Of a stretch of 64,000 nucleotides of DNA, positions 31,701-35,905 are shown in pieces. Source of the stretch: Parcubacteria group bacterium Gr01-1014_31. GTDB taxonomy: Bacteria; Patescibacteriota; Patescibacteriia; Buchananbacterales; GWA2-38-13. The position numbers and the translations under genes were made by a program. Under the pieces are notes generated by a model. That model was not told where the DNA came from and made no database searches. It saw nothing but the letters and a program-made list of their open reading frames with translations. Location of the stretch: the NCBI GenBank assembly GCA_007376135.1, contig VMFR01000006.1, positions 3,273 to 67,272 of the forward strand, in the 5' to 3' direction. How positions within the stretch are numbered: the stretch's first letter is position 1; each line of letters opens with the position of its first letter.

Positions 31701-31706
31701 GGCCAA
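13737..31706 (-). CDS. giant (5,989 aa) multi-domain surface protein with an N-terminal two-TM pilin-like module of the type IV secretion (VirB2/TrbC) type
   Basis: Uninterrupted 17,970-nt ORF. The N-terminus has a signal peptide followed by IMRIIQVLFGFLGVVAVLIIIYAGWLWMTAAGDPQKVDRAKRILVEAVIGLFLIFGAFAIVSFVI. This matches the conserved T4SS-pilin pattern (...LLGFLGVI..LIIYAGFLWMTAGGN...AKK.L...IIGL.I...AY.I). Recognisable passenger domains follow. These are Myxococcus-type Cys-rich repeats (CGNG..E.GEECDDGN...GDGC), IPT/TIG (LVTIIGRNFG, YLTIIGANFGG), two LamG/ConA-like domains, and an F5/8 type C discoidin-like domain. There is a fibrinogen-C-like domain (YCDMTTDGGGWTMVAR), at least four TSP3 repeats (DNCPxxxNPxQxDxD) and a C-terminal NHL-like beta-propeller. 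Start-codon assignment is uncertain (see findings). Confidence 0.85.
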   Translation of the reverse strand: MADTVSLIPDTSYLIPRYLKPSRSTKYLTLAAALTLAGGLAVAAPAFAQLGASVNEGLGFGTIVGWGTQDLRVTIMRIIQVLFGFLGVVAVLIIIYAGWLWMTAAGDPQKVDRAKRILVEAVIGLFLIFGAFAIVSFVIRSLVSATGPVAGGGGPGPGPGPGPGGTTLACRINTVSPDRDNRVKNSVVRVNFNQGPVQGADLQTNFLVQLEEPGATGSNGDVCLSDFACLSGECLGTCGGNSVPGTITTNGRRAEFKPLDDSFCPGTGAKCFRSDRKYKVTVQPPLQCGGQAVSCDPAVFCSDPAGVCGALGAACGTGGFCRSQCVWFFKTNDIVDLQAPSVNLLPGNICADVGQHLRASYSDPDSGVDLVAFDNLTNPAIVWPDYDTPAGSEAAGTADIAVDLTGYPLGSLRVRAEAFDFDDHKARSERTYQVRPGHCCNGVQDAAAGELGVDCGGSECGACSGVACDIDTATPACQPNDSVCAFGCSTTSCLCVEPPFIDYVSPANDVQTDNDGTPVDPDGDQYNDDQPFGAVGNLVTIIGRNFGAYVAGSSVVEFSNGGGWVVAGLAGSVNAACGNTWTDTEIIVVVPAGAVDGPIRVTTGDGQQDITNNAPRSTERAIPDFDVNPAAVLPGICRLDPTSGEFKDPVHIHGIRLLRTDADATNDRILFGGHLAAFGVPSVWNNTEVNSGVVPSLVPGLVRVWLEVDGSQPSNNLGFRVQPGADHPVILEFSGPNAAPHNAAIEDYLTIIGANFGGRQGSGTVKFCGDAGCTEAAKRNGNFTFPSQCGSDIWSDSRILVKVPTGAVTGPIEVVTDAGLRDTSADTNGPALDDLTVGGTAGPGICKLQPDNGPAGTARITIYGERFVKNPPADSQVVFTASAGTVIAPPSSVSLSGDPSNADQLTATVPGGAVTGDVRVQNPGPVNSNPLLFSVGDCRGQEACTGGQECCAVGPYSGSCAPAGSCGGVTMQSSYRWHFITGKVGPRVIQQCTRTLDCSVGGYSSPTPPPGSEVPVNALISASIDRLLDPSTVTLSTVKVELCGTGATFDPATCDATTNHASAVTPLVEWVYHGVRAHRINVTLTPFAPGQPLQEDHWYRVTLTKDIRSPSGEQLANTDPSTGNFVWVFRTRNNIAPGQVGCVGCSPEQAALYSRGDTQPLTGEAWSSENACMLLDLRTSTWLWATADAARVSIGGSTTERETATAQGQTSGTNVSVTIPAQTTEVGICRISVDLATPVVLRKWPDCQSACPNAQLGVEFSLPMENDAADANRLSNTNHTRLYVCGLDYICVPNPDNLVSLTGVTVSGGGTIATFSPVNAHNGGRLIPGVYYRVVLDSDTDAAGADTGLASTEGKGLGKLNFDADNNGTLDSYSWVFKVQENFSLCAVSKVDVSPPTVTAYPPQRVPYTAIPRKTPDACDPLGQRLDPFSIDWLWASSAAGVAAILGPAGGTNGCGNAVMETGEECDNGPDVATDNCDASCQINPDTDTGNTVRPGSVASWACGNGIVENDGDGIPENGEEQCDDGNLLSGDGCGVNCQLEGPRFGRSVCGDGIVGPGEACEVCGAGAGMAPIWYGSCASSDFANNRRPRGAAVGNCATNCTTTGIAGNAQAAPISVCGNRNIESGEECDTGEYGGDNTDGCTNSCLLTGTASTITSPHQLVEAIGVGTANITAADGTVVGRGTFIVPTDGTGGAGGPFRITSKQPEGSTEACLNEAIVVHFSAPPDIATVRAQVRLAENGGAYGITTPATQILVNGNAVTITPNGSRWAQNATYEVDLETNAAAIFDTSATPRPLVCRPGECRWTFRTGTQVCRATDVEVDPAFAQVRPSDSQVYNASLVGPLRSATVVGGAVTRIGAGVGTPTLGGVLGCSANVFICPASTDGVNYAISANSANDCAAATRVSLPGGFLPAARMDSAGTVVLGCGIWMSFSDAAVTRTGTFWMDIDPAQRAQLIPTVNYRWEWRQITSDPAIAGAPGAAGANNRQLTVTAVAQWTPFVGARQADIEAFYPPDGVSGLARFAVGNLCQLPYRSGTRYNIYPLQPGVDTTVIGHFDGVPRLDLGNGRTLEPSTQVGLTYNNGLTDGGTARLGQAVTFDADTDLLEYPAAGLFDPRQGTVSLWLRSRESLATSRTLLATTNDLFNIIFTSVGGFSTVRINYGGIQVAMNGAQFATVGDEWHLVVASWEIQGADVVVGMSLDGQPPVVARGAVAPIVVDGTTRLRVGNDFIMAATDARADIDELELGQGVMDAQEIEARYQAVAAQCISGASLAGAPQVDRCTPTGTADACTDAGVVNCSSPQISVTFDGPMDRESLLRRDGTGFYDNVLLCSDTDYTDGGGCMPDENLIQELAYNPISERLSVVRPTNLPTSDTADLRYHMVLKVGADRIVGVSGLPLNGGIGGDVHWDFSIARGARQCRCDAVRAWLMPKGVYGFQDQFACAGNTCQGDLDLAVTGNQHAYDAECYDRSAGQPAASVTYQWREAYDVNGAVNLSCSVVAGCTTATALDDSTLITTNTFVNGEARVAVVATGSGATQGRAEQLVDITNFVCANPWPDPWVFPWKDTSVFPIGAGATDNKAPYTNFELFYCRDLNRTPSANDDLPPVQAPPTVRASSLPKQFLFPLNYFQETPAVQIIQGTDMQVAGSNNFLTTLMARTGSAGDTQCMMGNTGAVVQLAYALNVPETGHYQVAFEVVNNDPDFEPASAISIAIDHDRDGAVDAPEQARILPSLELSSRQIVTFDLGQARSDVDAGRPLLVAFRYENDDATQNGNETIAVCRIGFGKANIKHDVIGVQVLANPWRVSPGTWYASGICSNASFRCSDNLSVVDCAGRTLGATCADGSGTCSEPEDIASLNGLCFGDADCVTGRCVYNVPNRGKSPQSTLVDGYSAIRDGRTVYVGATNLVTLTAGDNSACDSNGAVCSVGNNGPCAGGVCQAQKLFANIYLMSYNEGAGEQTLSIFDELSRNWKFNTDLVSVGACAAMSCSEAGGNCSALRCSDTGDVFAGCAAAGNPCDGDGDAGTAGVCIQPGVGDSCGTAGVCSNVACANDLDCPGQADNSCLNPQSKIRRDAIRFGQLQDLQLALRASARKRGGFPLWDAVRREFTGGTYVPGHSFSVWPSWGQTFAQQLGGVPPTDPINQFVGCIPPYDSKTCWDEQGLRFGCPLRAYVYGYSVDRTRNGQGYRLYTRLEFPKERGGWREGSESVSGMGDACFNFLALGEGDADRDGVRDDQDNCPNNANPYQCLGGAQPDGTLCPSGTNRECGNAGTCWQMDSDINPTNIARGKEPISSPFFSFTSDNVNSGHFFDNVSYWAPANVNQAGHTQNAYIGINLGRAMRFNQVRVFPNPGTPTTFFQRFEVQVSNDPFFSAGQFTVVATENNWPGTVAGRFIGVQERISNFTDHRGVNCPTSTNPPNDPICDPPGVMYNFPEQYAQYVRLYRTTGTDIPNVSPPTDRLSELEIWSTVDGFGDVCDPCPNSGENDLDHDGVCENGLDNPQYGYRPDNCPDVPNPDQRDADSDNTGDACDTNCAQDLDRDGQCDAVDNCPTVYNPSQTNSDGALAVPAAQQRRYCVAQVDIGGGVIATARPGEAGRDCTIAPNTCFDSAGVVRAELCQQQSPDVHAGQVWPNGREWGDACDLCTDPDSDGWGSGLPAESCRRDNCQLTGAQLSQGFNPGQEDYDNDGTGYRCDSCIDSDNDQLTDQLVGNSSFEDGLNGWQMFASAGADAHLRQATDYRRLSDFHPSNNHARAYRGVHSAEILIQNLAPGQYLALRSARNPQFLQTSPDYPVKYVMQARVRPSDPQMVGRLRFRPIRACTRFQVKAPLHGLEYRVSCQDPPDGPVLGDGLGFRLPLREPVWVQDLGDGWYSLRSNFEINRSLANDPIAFELALENAITSPVIFGNNASLNVDDFTVGFRRDNEGESCQRPGWPPLGWDPGQETYRPMDNCRVLNNPTRCVGGRFHGAICNSSADCVNPPRGNVKALTLFERSGEIKSYAFDTGIGGAELTTDIPSEQAAATGLGVNGNPAQDCDLWTSEGECYDLYWSNAAGTDDPAGLFLAIDAYRDPAATGPGHNVDAVRLDLVTNAVVYAQRISGAPVVEAGSTPNAEAALGSPNSITTALGNGTTKLVLDFGLAGSQPFFASCLEILRAGASSDGVAPDGNNWYQIDVNRDGTGVEQVYCDMTTDGGGWTMVARMDDSDAKRWTARYNHDPNPAAPDEGMDATWWFDGAPHNAGRGGTDDYKARAFDTIPVADVMVTIHPDAYSFPVAGAYTPGAAGQEIYAVWRNGVADGLKTFADLSLWKAAYCPQYDPEAAVKSGSRGGGSLVPSPFQCGNRPTLKASTDTSASGDFIAIVERFRSDSDGVALPLLYRDSQTGATIAASTRNNVHSILLRNWHDLPDSTNSAFVRGSITFSSAGVTIIGWAIDNGTPESEAALNALDREFSVTGGLLTVGESSTNRRYEIPPLSAGCWPAPGCGVWNFNDYARVTGATTAEFGMAANTGADDARLLFTYDPGVGPITATVQLEGSPDPALHGYLQDLVVCDREATGTAAGGARRFTVTINEMVDPVRGIVLGPRDSERAGDYCVKKADVPGIGNDLSDPTAEGDEAEISVVAMMSQGDVLNPGPQGLGNWYDGGAGGGAGSGTFNDFTSINAGTGFPLLNAANYGQLWFRERPVFTGAVPGVGAVPGATVGGGVGVCMQPDYDEDNVGDLCDRCTDRDNDRFGDAGFNVSSCPGSFFKSDNCPATYNPDQADYDQDANACRFDTLQPYVSVSSDVASCNDSLGFRLGGSCQFCGGDACDLDADGDACYNWEQLKRQPGHDVNARLYPGRTIAELPSPNYRVFREEGYARTLSHDEVSWRSFARDADVDGIADDCDAQACGNREVENVRQAAPLASLADVASVTVYEITSADTNATVFTFPATDARLIQQVSEADGQLAIGGDAAAQARCDAWTSSGECYDFYWSNMDGTLNPDGGYFTSVAWRNPAAATDGNNLDAVEIRFTAASGRSPIFASGWTAMYAGTCDAGPCTEARPDAALGPRDCPNPFPGGSHTCLTRIGDGRSSITLGFDTEDIVNQCFDPVRGVQTCEECDSNNFNVGSNCDKPYTTGSSATYRQIYPLQRVASDLFLAHFDGVLPGALDARRGDGSVVRPMAGATVSSLADGLTDGSQDAAGNPVKLGSSLVFNPGDALVYDMPAGANNVYGPGDRSVTMWVNVKDRVDELTLADISGAVIELGTAWQPNTWHHVAVTWRATDAGGGTFTFDNIRLFLDGLPRNISLPAGSVSPPPNLDISWWLWVLGLHTSQVWLDELEFRSEILTDAIISARVSAIRNQCLGPVSESLTLYMVDNFCASCNNLRCQIETLRTCMPIKVDVLTVPPTIVHTPYLWAAQSGANRITQMVAVDGVMKPGTADVYPIGTVVHEYRICDSGGNVYRCNDGGGNCNADFMSVGDTCSDGSGQCEKAYCVLDFPRMNSAGDTQLCGPAGCVTVTATANTNKTIPDNPATTNVYEGEGFPCFDGNTTVGDGCNTTCPAGTARDCGSEIGNPSRTAVNVEAGQAWIVDRGTEKVTMLDEGLGVVKICKGVKGNGANGKGVAIDSEGFAWVGEFDDPGRLFRLDNSNDECTPERSTEGRLWTYGLAVDQQDNIWISGRSQNVIRKIGGLLDPGNAGRAGLVCGTDISCNLVPRGGIYGIAVDLDGRAWVGSFDGGGGVDRVNADLSYDRFSNGATRGVGITTKGNMLLAQPGGPHVRELTTDGVLVKDHPLPAGNRAAYGASGDSMGCIWAISESGGSACRIVPPSTPTCGANPLGVPTQCFPLSNRNPGGGAPYMYSDFLGLNRTLVLRENAVAFPPGDADALSAFDTTVTSWSRRWGKILYDKVERGGSYINIYVYTSDDVNGFPPVDSDMWIPVDERNTTRDRDNFNARIGESPLITSNQFPAPGELVGRYLKFKIVTRSDRDGNASEITNLRITCLERVNGVDRYICQ
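31373..31577. repeat. roughly 200 bp DNA repeat (about 85% identity to 34596-34800) encoding the shared pilin-like module
   Basis: A run such as ...cactcccaggaacccgaacaggacctggatgatgcgcatgatggtcacgcgcaaatcctgcgtacccc... is nearly identical to 34670-34740. Confidence 0.7.
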
Positions 31707-31745
31707 TCCTTAATACTTGATACTCAATACTAAATACTCCACTAA
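31655..31745. promoter_or_regulatory. two inverted arrays of four tandem heptads (NNATACT x4 and GTATCAN x4) spanning the annotated start of the giant ORF
   Basis: Plus 31714-31741 reads TAATACT TGATACT CAATACT AAATACT. Plus 31661-31688 reads GTATCAA GTATGAA GTATCAG GTATCAA. The same NNATACT x4 array recurs at 36519-36546. The region is AT-rich in a 65% GC context. Confidence 0.45.
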
Positions 31746-34700
31746 TTCGTGCACGGGGTTGCCCGCGCGGTTCCGTTGCAGCAGTACTTGTTGACGCGGT
31801 CGGTGTTGCACGCGCCGCCGCCGGAGTTTGGCCCCTCGGACGGCAGGTAGCAGTTCTGGTACAGGTCCTTGATGCCCGAACCCATGTCCGCGCCGTAGCG
31901 GCTGTACTCGGCCAGCGGCGTGTGGTTGATCTGGACCTCGGTGAAATCCGGATACCCGTCGGACGTGGAATCGCGGCCGACGTTGGTTATCCACCACCCC
32001 GAGCAGCGGCCGCCGCTACCGCACGCATAATCCTTCAGCGTCACGTGCTGACGCGTCTGGCAAGAAAAACCGCTCGCTGCACCCGTGCGGTTCTTACAGT
32101 CGCCATCGACCTGGCAATAATTATCCTGGCCCGACTGGCTGCGACAGGTGAAAGAACCCCCGCCGCCGTTATCGCACACTTCACCGGTCTTGCAATCGTT
32201 GTCCACTGTGCACCCGCAACGCCCGTCGCGGTAGCGGTTGTCCGGCTTCAGGCTGGACGACGAGAGGAGCTTATCAAATTGCGCCGTTGGTAAGGTGGTA
32301 ATGGGCAGCCCGACGCCGGGGTCAGTGGCGGCAACGTCCATGTTCGGCGCAATTCCGTCTTCGTTCGGGGTGATTGGCCCGGCCGTGTCGATTTTGATGG
32401 CGGGCGGCTTCAGTTCCAGCCGGTTGCTGGCCCAGAACGTCCACTGCACGCCGTCGCCATTTGAAGCAATTGAATCATTCAACGAATGGTAGGGTGACGC
32501 TGGACCCGGCAAGGGACCCTGCGCGCCGTTCACCTTGTTGCCGTCCAGCGAATTTTGCGCGGCATCCATCGCGCCGTCGGGCGGCGTACGCGACGTTGGG
32601 AAATTTTGGAGAGCCGAATTTACGCAGATGCCTGCGGCGTTGCAATCCGGGAACGAAGAGTCGTAACAGTCGTTCGCGGTGGACGCATCACCTTCATTGC
32701 ACTGGTACAGTTGCGCCGCCTGCACGCGGATTTGGTAGCGGGTGACTCCGGCGATATTGCCGGCAACCGGTTGCACGGTCGGCAAACAGTAGATCTGGTC
32801 GCCGCAGGAGTTGCGAACGGCATTGCAGGTGGCACCTCCGCCTCCGCAGTCGGCATCTCGGACGCACGGCGAATCCGAGTTGCTGCATAAGCCGCACAGC
32901 GTCGCGGACTGGAATTCCACGGTCTGGTACTGGTTGGAAATGATGAACGTGCCGGCCACGAACTCGTAGGCGTCGAATGTACCGTTATTATTCAAGTCAG
33001 CCTGAATAGTTACGAACGGCGGGTCAGTTGAATCCACTAAGGAACCAACATTTTCGTAATCAGGTTGGCCGGCCCCAGATTCCGCGCCGTCGTTCACCGC
33101 CACGGGCACCAGCACCGGACCGCTGACGGTGAGCGGGAACATCGCTTCCGAATAATCAAACCTCGGCACGGCGTTGCGGGCGACGTCCAGCGCTTCCACA
33201 ATGCCGCCCGCGCCCAGGGTTTGCGTGAATCCGGGGTCGCGGCCGCCGCTGAATGGCGGAACAGATACGGCCGCCCAGCCGCCCGATGGCGTGATGCGAA
33301 TACGGTTGCCTGCGGCCCCGGCAACGGTGGCAGTCAACGTGACAGTATCGGTTCCACCGGAAGCCCCGGACACGTCCGGATTTTGCACTTCCGCGGTAAG
33401 TTTGGTGGCGATGTTATTGGCGATCTGCAATGGCGTGAGCGGCGTTGCCGGCGGGCCGACCACGATTTCTGTTGCGCTCCCGCCTGCATCCACGAACGTG
33501 TACGTCGGGCTCTGTCCTACGCGCAACGTGTCGGCTGGCCGCGTGGCAATGGCTCGGAAACGCCATTGGTTGCCATCCTGAATATCTCCCGCCGCTATTG
33601 CTGCGGGAATATCGCTGATATTCACTCCACCATCAACAAACCCGATAGCCACACTGCAGCCAAGGGTAATGCTGTTGCCGCCCACCACGCCGTTGGTCAG
33701 CCACCCGCCGAACGCGACATCGGGTGCGGTGCAATCCGCAGCTGATACGGATTTCGGGTGAACTTCAAAACGGTTCGCCCCGCCGTTATATCTCACGCAG
33801 ACCAGATTATCCTGTGCGCAGGTGTACGTGGTTGTGCGCAGTGATGCGTCAGGAGAGGCCGGCACGTCTTTACCAAGATACGACGTTTGCGCCACCTGGA
33901 GCGTATTTGGCCGGCTATTCACCTTTAGCGACCCCGTTGCCCGTACGGCCGCCTGGTCGGCATACGTATCTTTAGTATCGTCCGGCTGCGGGAACACGAC
34001 ATCCAACGTCGGCGGCGTCAGGTCCAGCCGCGTACCGACGGTGAAAGTCCAGGAATAACCACCCTCATCGGGGCCACCGCACCTCGTGAAAGCGTTATTA
34101 CCATCTGCTTTCTTGATTCCACATCCCAAAATCACTCTGTAGCGCACGTCGCGCACGCCATCGCCCAAGTATGGTAAGGAATCAAAGGTGAATGTCAGGT
34201 TATCGCCGCTTGCGGCATTAACGTCGGCTGATAATAGGGCGGGTAGCAACACGTTATTTTCATCATACGCTCGGATGAGGATTTGGCCGCTAATCTTGTC
34301 CACGCCGCCAATGGTTTGCAGCAGCGTTGAGCGGTCCATCAGCTCCTTGAACGTCACGAAAATCAACGTGTTCCTCGGCACATCCCGAGCCCCTGGCGCC
34401 GGGTACACGCTTTCAATGATACCCGCGCCCAGCGTGTCGCAGTTGGTACACGGCAGGGTCGGCGGTGGGCGTCTGGTTCTCCCCTGCGGCCCGGCAGCGT
34501 CGGACAACGCCCGGATGACAAAGCTGACAATGGCAAATGCCATGAAAATGACCAGCAGCCCGAGCGCCGCGTTGATGAGCGTACGCTTGGCTTCGTCTAT
34601 CTTTTGCGGGTCGCCGCCCGAGGTCATCCAGCGCCAGCCGGCATACAGGATGATGAGCACCGCGACCACTCCCAGGAACCCGAACAGCACCTGGATGATG

Positions 34701-34909
34701 CGCATGATGGTCACGCGCAAGTCCTGCGTGCCCCACCCGACGATAGTGCCGTAGCTCAACCCTTCGTTGACCGAGGCGCCGAGCTGCGCGGATGCGGGCG
34801 CAGCAACAAAAACGGCTACCATCAGGGTCAGAACGACCACGCCGATGGTAGCCGAAAATTTCGACCACGACGCAACAATCTTTTGTTTTTGGTGCCCGCT
34901 CGACTGCAT
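31742..34909 (-). CDS. large (1,055 aa) surface protein with the same N-terminal T4SS-pilin-like module; passenger with Ig-like and Cys-rich domains
   Basis: The N-terminus (...AQLGASVNEGLSYGTIVGWGTQDLRVTIMRIIQVLFGFLGVVAVLIILYAGWRWMTSGGDPQKIDEAKRTLINAALGLLVIFMAFAIVSFVIRAL) is about 85% identical to the giant protein over about 140 aa and diverges completely afterwards. The ATG is preceded by GGAGTGA. Confidence 0.8.
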   Translation of the reverse strand: MQSSGHQKQKIVASWSKFSATIGVVVLTLMVAVFVAAPASAQLGASVNEGLSYGTIVGWGTQDLRVTIMRIIQVLFGFLGVVAVLIILYAGWRWMTSGGDPQKIDEAKRTLINAALGLLVIFMAFAIVSFVIRALSDAAGPQGRTRRPPPTLPCTNCDTLGAGIIESVYPAPGARDVPRNTLIFVTFKELMDRSTLLQTIGGVDKISGQILIRAYDENNVLLPALLSADVNAASGDNLTFTFDSLPYLGDGVRDVRYRVILGCGIKKADGNNAFTRCGGPDEGGYSWTFTVGTRLDLTPPTLDVVFPQPDDTKDTYADQAAVRATGSLKVNSRPNTLQVAQTSYLGKDVPASPDASLRTTTYTCAQDNLVCVRYNGGANRFEVHPKSVSAADCTAPDVAFGGWLTNGVVGGNSITLGCSVAIGFVDGGVNISDIPAAIAAGDIQDGNQWRFRAIATRPADTLRVGQSPTYTFVDAGGSATEIVVGPPATPLTPLQIANNIATKLTAEVQNPDVSGASGGTDTVTLTATVAGAAGNRIRITPSGGWAAVSVPPFSGGRDPGFTQTLGAGGIVEALDVARNAVPRFDYSEAMFPLTVSGPVLVPVAVNDGAESGAGQPDYENVGSLVDSTDPPFVTIQADLNNNGTFDAYEFVAGTFIISNQYQTVEFQSATLCGLCSNSDSPCVRDADCGGGGATCNAVRNSCGDQIYCLPTVQPVAGNIAGVTRYQIRVQAAQLYQCNEGDASTANDCYDSSFPDCNAAGICVNSALQNFPTSRTPPDGAMDAAQNSLDGNKVNGAQGPLPGPASPYHSLNDSIASNGDGVQWTFWASNRLELKPPAIKIDTAGPITPNEDGIAPNMDVAATDPGVGLPITTLPTAQFDKLLSSSSLKPDNRYRDGRCGCTVDNDCKTGEVCDNGGGGSFTCRSQSGQDNYCQVDGDCKNRTGAASGFSCQTRQHVTLKDYACGSGGRCSGWWITNVGRDSTSDGYPDFTEVQINHTPLAEYSRYGADMGSGIKDLYQNCYLPSEGPNSGGGACNTDRVNKYCCNGTARATPCTN
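34596..34800. repeat. roughly 200 bp DNA repeat, the partner of 31373-31577
   Basis: See 31373-31577. Confidence 0.7.
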
Positions 34910-34915
34910 GCTGTG

Positions 34916-35326
34916 TCACTCCCCCACCCTAACTCCTCTCCCTGAGGGAGAGGGTGGCCCCAGGCCGGGTGAGGGCTCTATTCTTTTTATTAGACAATCA
35001 ACTATTTTCTGATATACGGCTTCAACATTGTGATCAACCTCGTTATTCCACACGCGAATTACTTGATAGCCAAGCTCGTGGAGGTATCCATCGCGTACCG
35101 TGTCGCGGAATCGTGCGAACATTTCATTATGTCCTCCACCGTCAAGTTCGACCACCAGCCCGGCCTGAACGCAGCAGAAGTCCGCAACATACTTACCGAT
35201 AGGGTACTGACGCCGGAATTTATACCCGAGGAATTGCCGATTTCGTAGTAAACTCCAAATCCTGCGTTCTTGCGGTGTCGTACTCTTCCGTAACTGGCGT
35301 GCGATTTTCGTTAATCCTTTCTGCAT
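34916..35326 (-). CDS. DUF559 (Vsr-like endonuclease fold) protein
   Basis: The sequence ...ARQLRKSTTPQERRIWSLLRNRQFLGYKFRRQYPIGKYVADFCCVQAGLVVELDGGGH... is the DUF559 signature. GC is about 48% against about 65% in the flanks. The track ORF starts at GTG 35341 and the start is set at MQKGL. The C-terminal tail PSPGLGPPSPSGRGVRVGE is encoded by a flanking hairpin repeat. Confidence 0.75.
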   Translation of the reverse strand: MQKGLTKIARQLRKSTTPQERRIWSLLRNRQFLGYKFRRQYPIGKYVADFCCVQAGLVVELDGGGHNEMFARFRDTVRDGYLHELGYQVIRVWNNEVDHNVEAVYQKIVDCLIKRIEPSPGLGPPSPSGRGVRVGE

Positions 35327-35376
35327 GACCAGTGCCCTCACCCTACCCTCTCCCTCAGGGAGAGGGAGTGCGTGCC
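34921..35376. mobile_element. low-GC DUF559 insertion bounded by imperfect inverted repeats containing CTCTCCCTNAGGGAGAG hairpins
   Basis: The left element at 34921-34977 reads cccaccctaactcctctccctgagggagagggtgg...gggtgagggc. The right element at 35334-35376 reads gccctcaccctaccctctccctcagggagagggagtg. The termini gggtgagggc and gccctcaccc are reverse complements. Confidence 0.35.
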
Positions 35377-35822
35377 GGAGATAGGACCTCCTTCACCAGC
35401 TTGCTCACGACAGTGCCATCCGCGCTGGAGCCCGCCTGCTTCATCACCGCACCCATCACCTTGCCGAAATCCTTGGTGCTGGTCGCGCCGAGCTTCGCGA
35501 CCGTTTCCTGCACGAGCTTTTTCAGCGCCGCAACGTCCGGACCAGCGGACAGGTAGGTTTTCAATACCTGCACTTCCGCAGCTTCTTTCTCCGCCAGGTC
35601 CTGCCGGTTGCCGCGCTGGTATTCCACAATTGCTTCCTCGCGGCGCTTCACCTCCGTACGCAGGACTTTTATCTCGTCGGCTTCCGCCAGCGGTTCCGGG
35701 CGCTTGGCGATGACCGCCTGCATCAGGGAAGATTTCACCATCCGCAGGGTACGTAAACTCACCTCATCACGCTGTTTCATGGCGCGATGGAGGTCGTGTT
35801 CGACGCGTTCGAGCAAGTTCAT
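35355..35822 (-). CDS. yqeY: GatB/YqeY domain protein
   Basis: 155 aa with the typical YqeY pattern (MNLLERVEHDLHRAMKQRDEVSLRTLRMV...LKTYL...). Located downstream of rpsU as in many bacteria. Confidence 0.8.
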   Translation of the reverse strand: MNLLERVEHDLHRAMKQRDEVSLRTLRMVKSSLMQAVIAKRPEPLAEADEIKVLRTEVKRREEAIVEYQRGNRQDLAEKEAAEVQVLKTYLSAGPDVAALKKLVQETVAKLGATSTKDFGKVMGAVMKQAGSSADGTVVSKLVKEVLSPARTPSP

Positions 35823-35905
35823 CTCCGCGGAAGTAAGAAGTACGGAGCGGGAAGTATGGGGAAAGCGGCCGATTATACCCTGCTTCGTGCTTCCTGATTC
35901 ATGCT

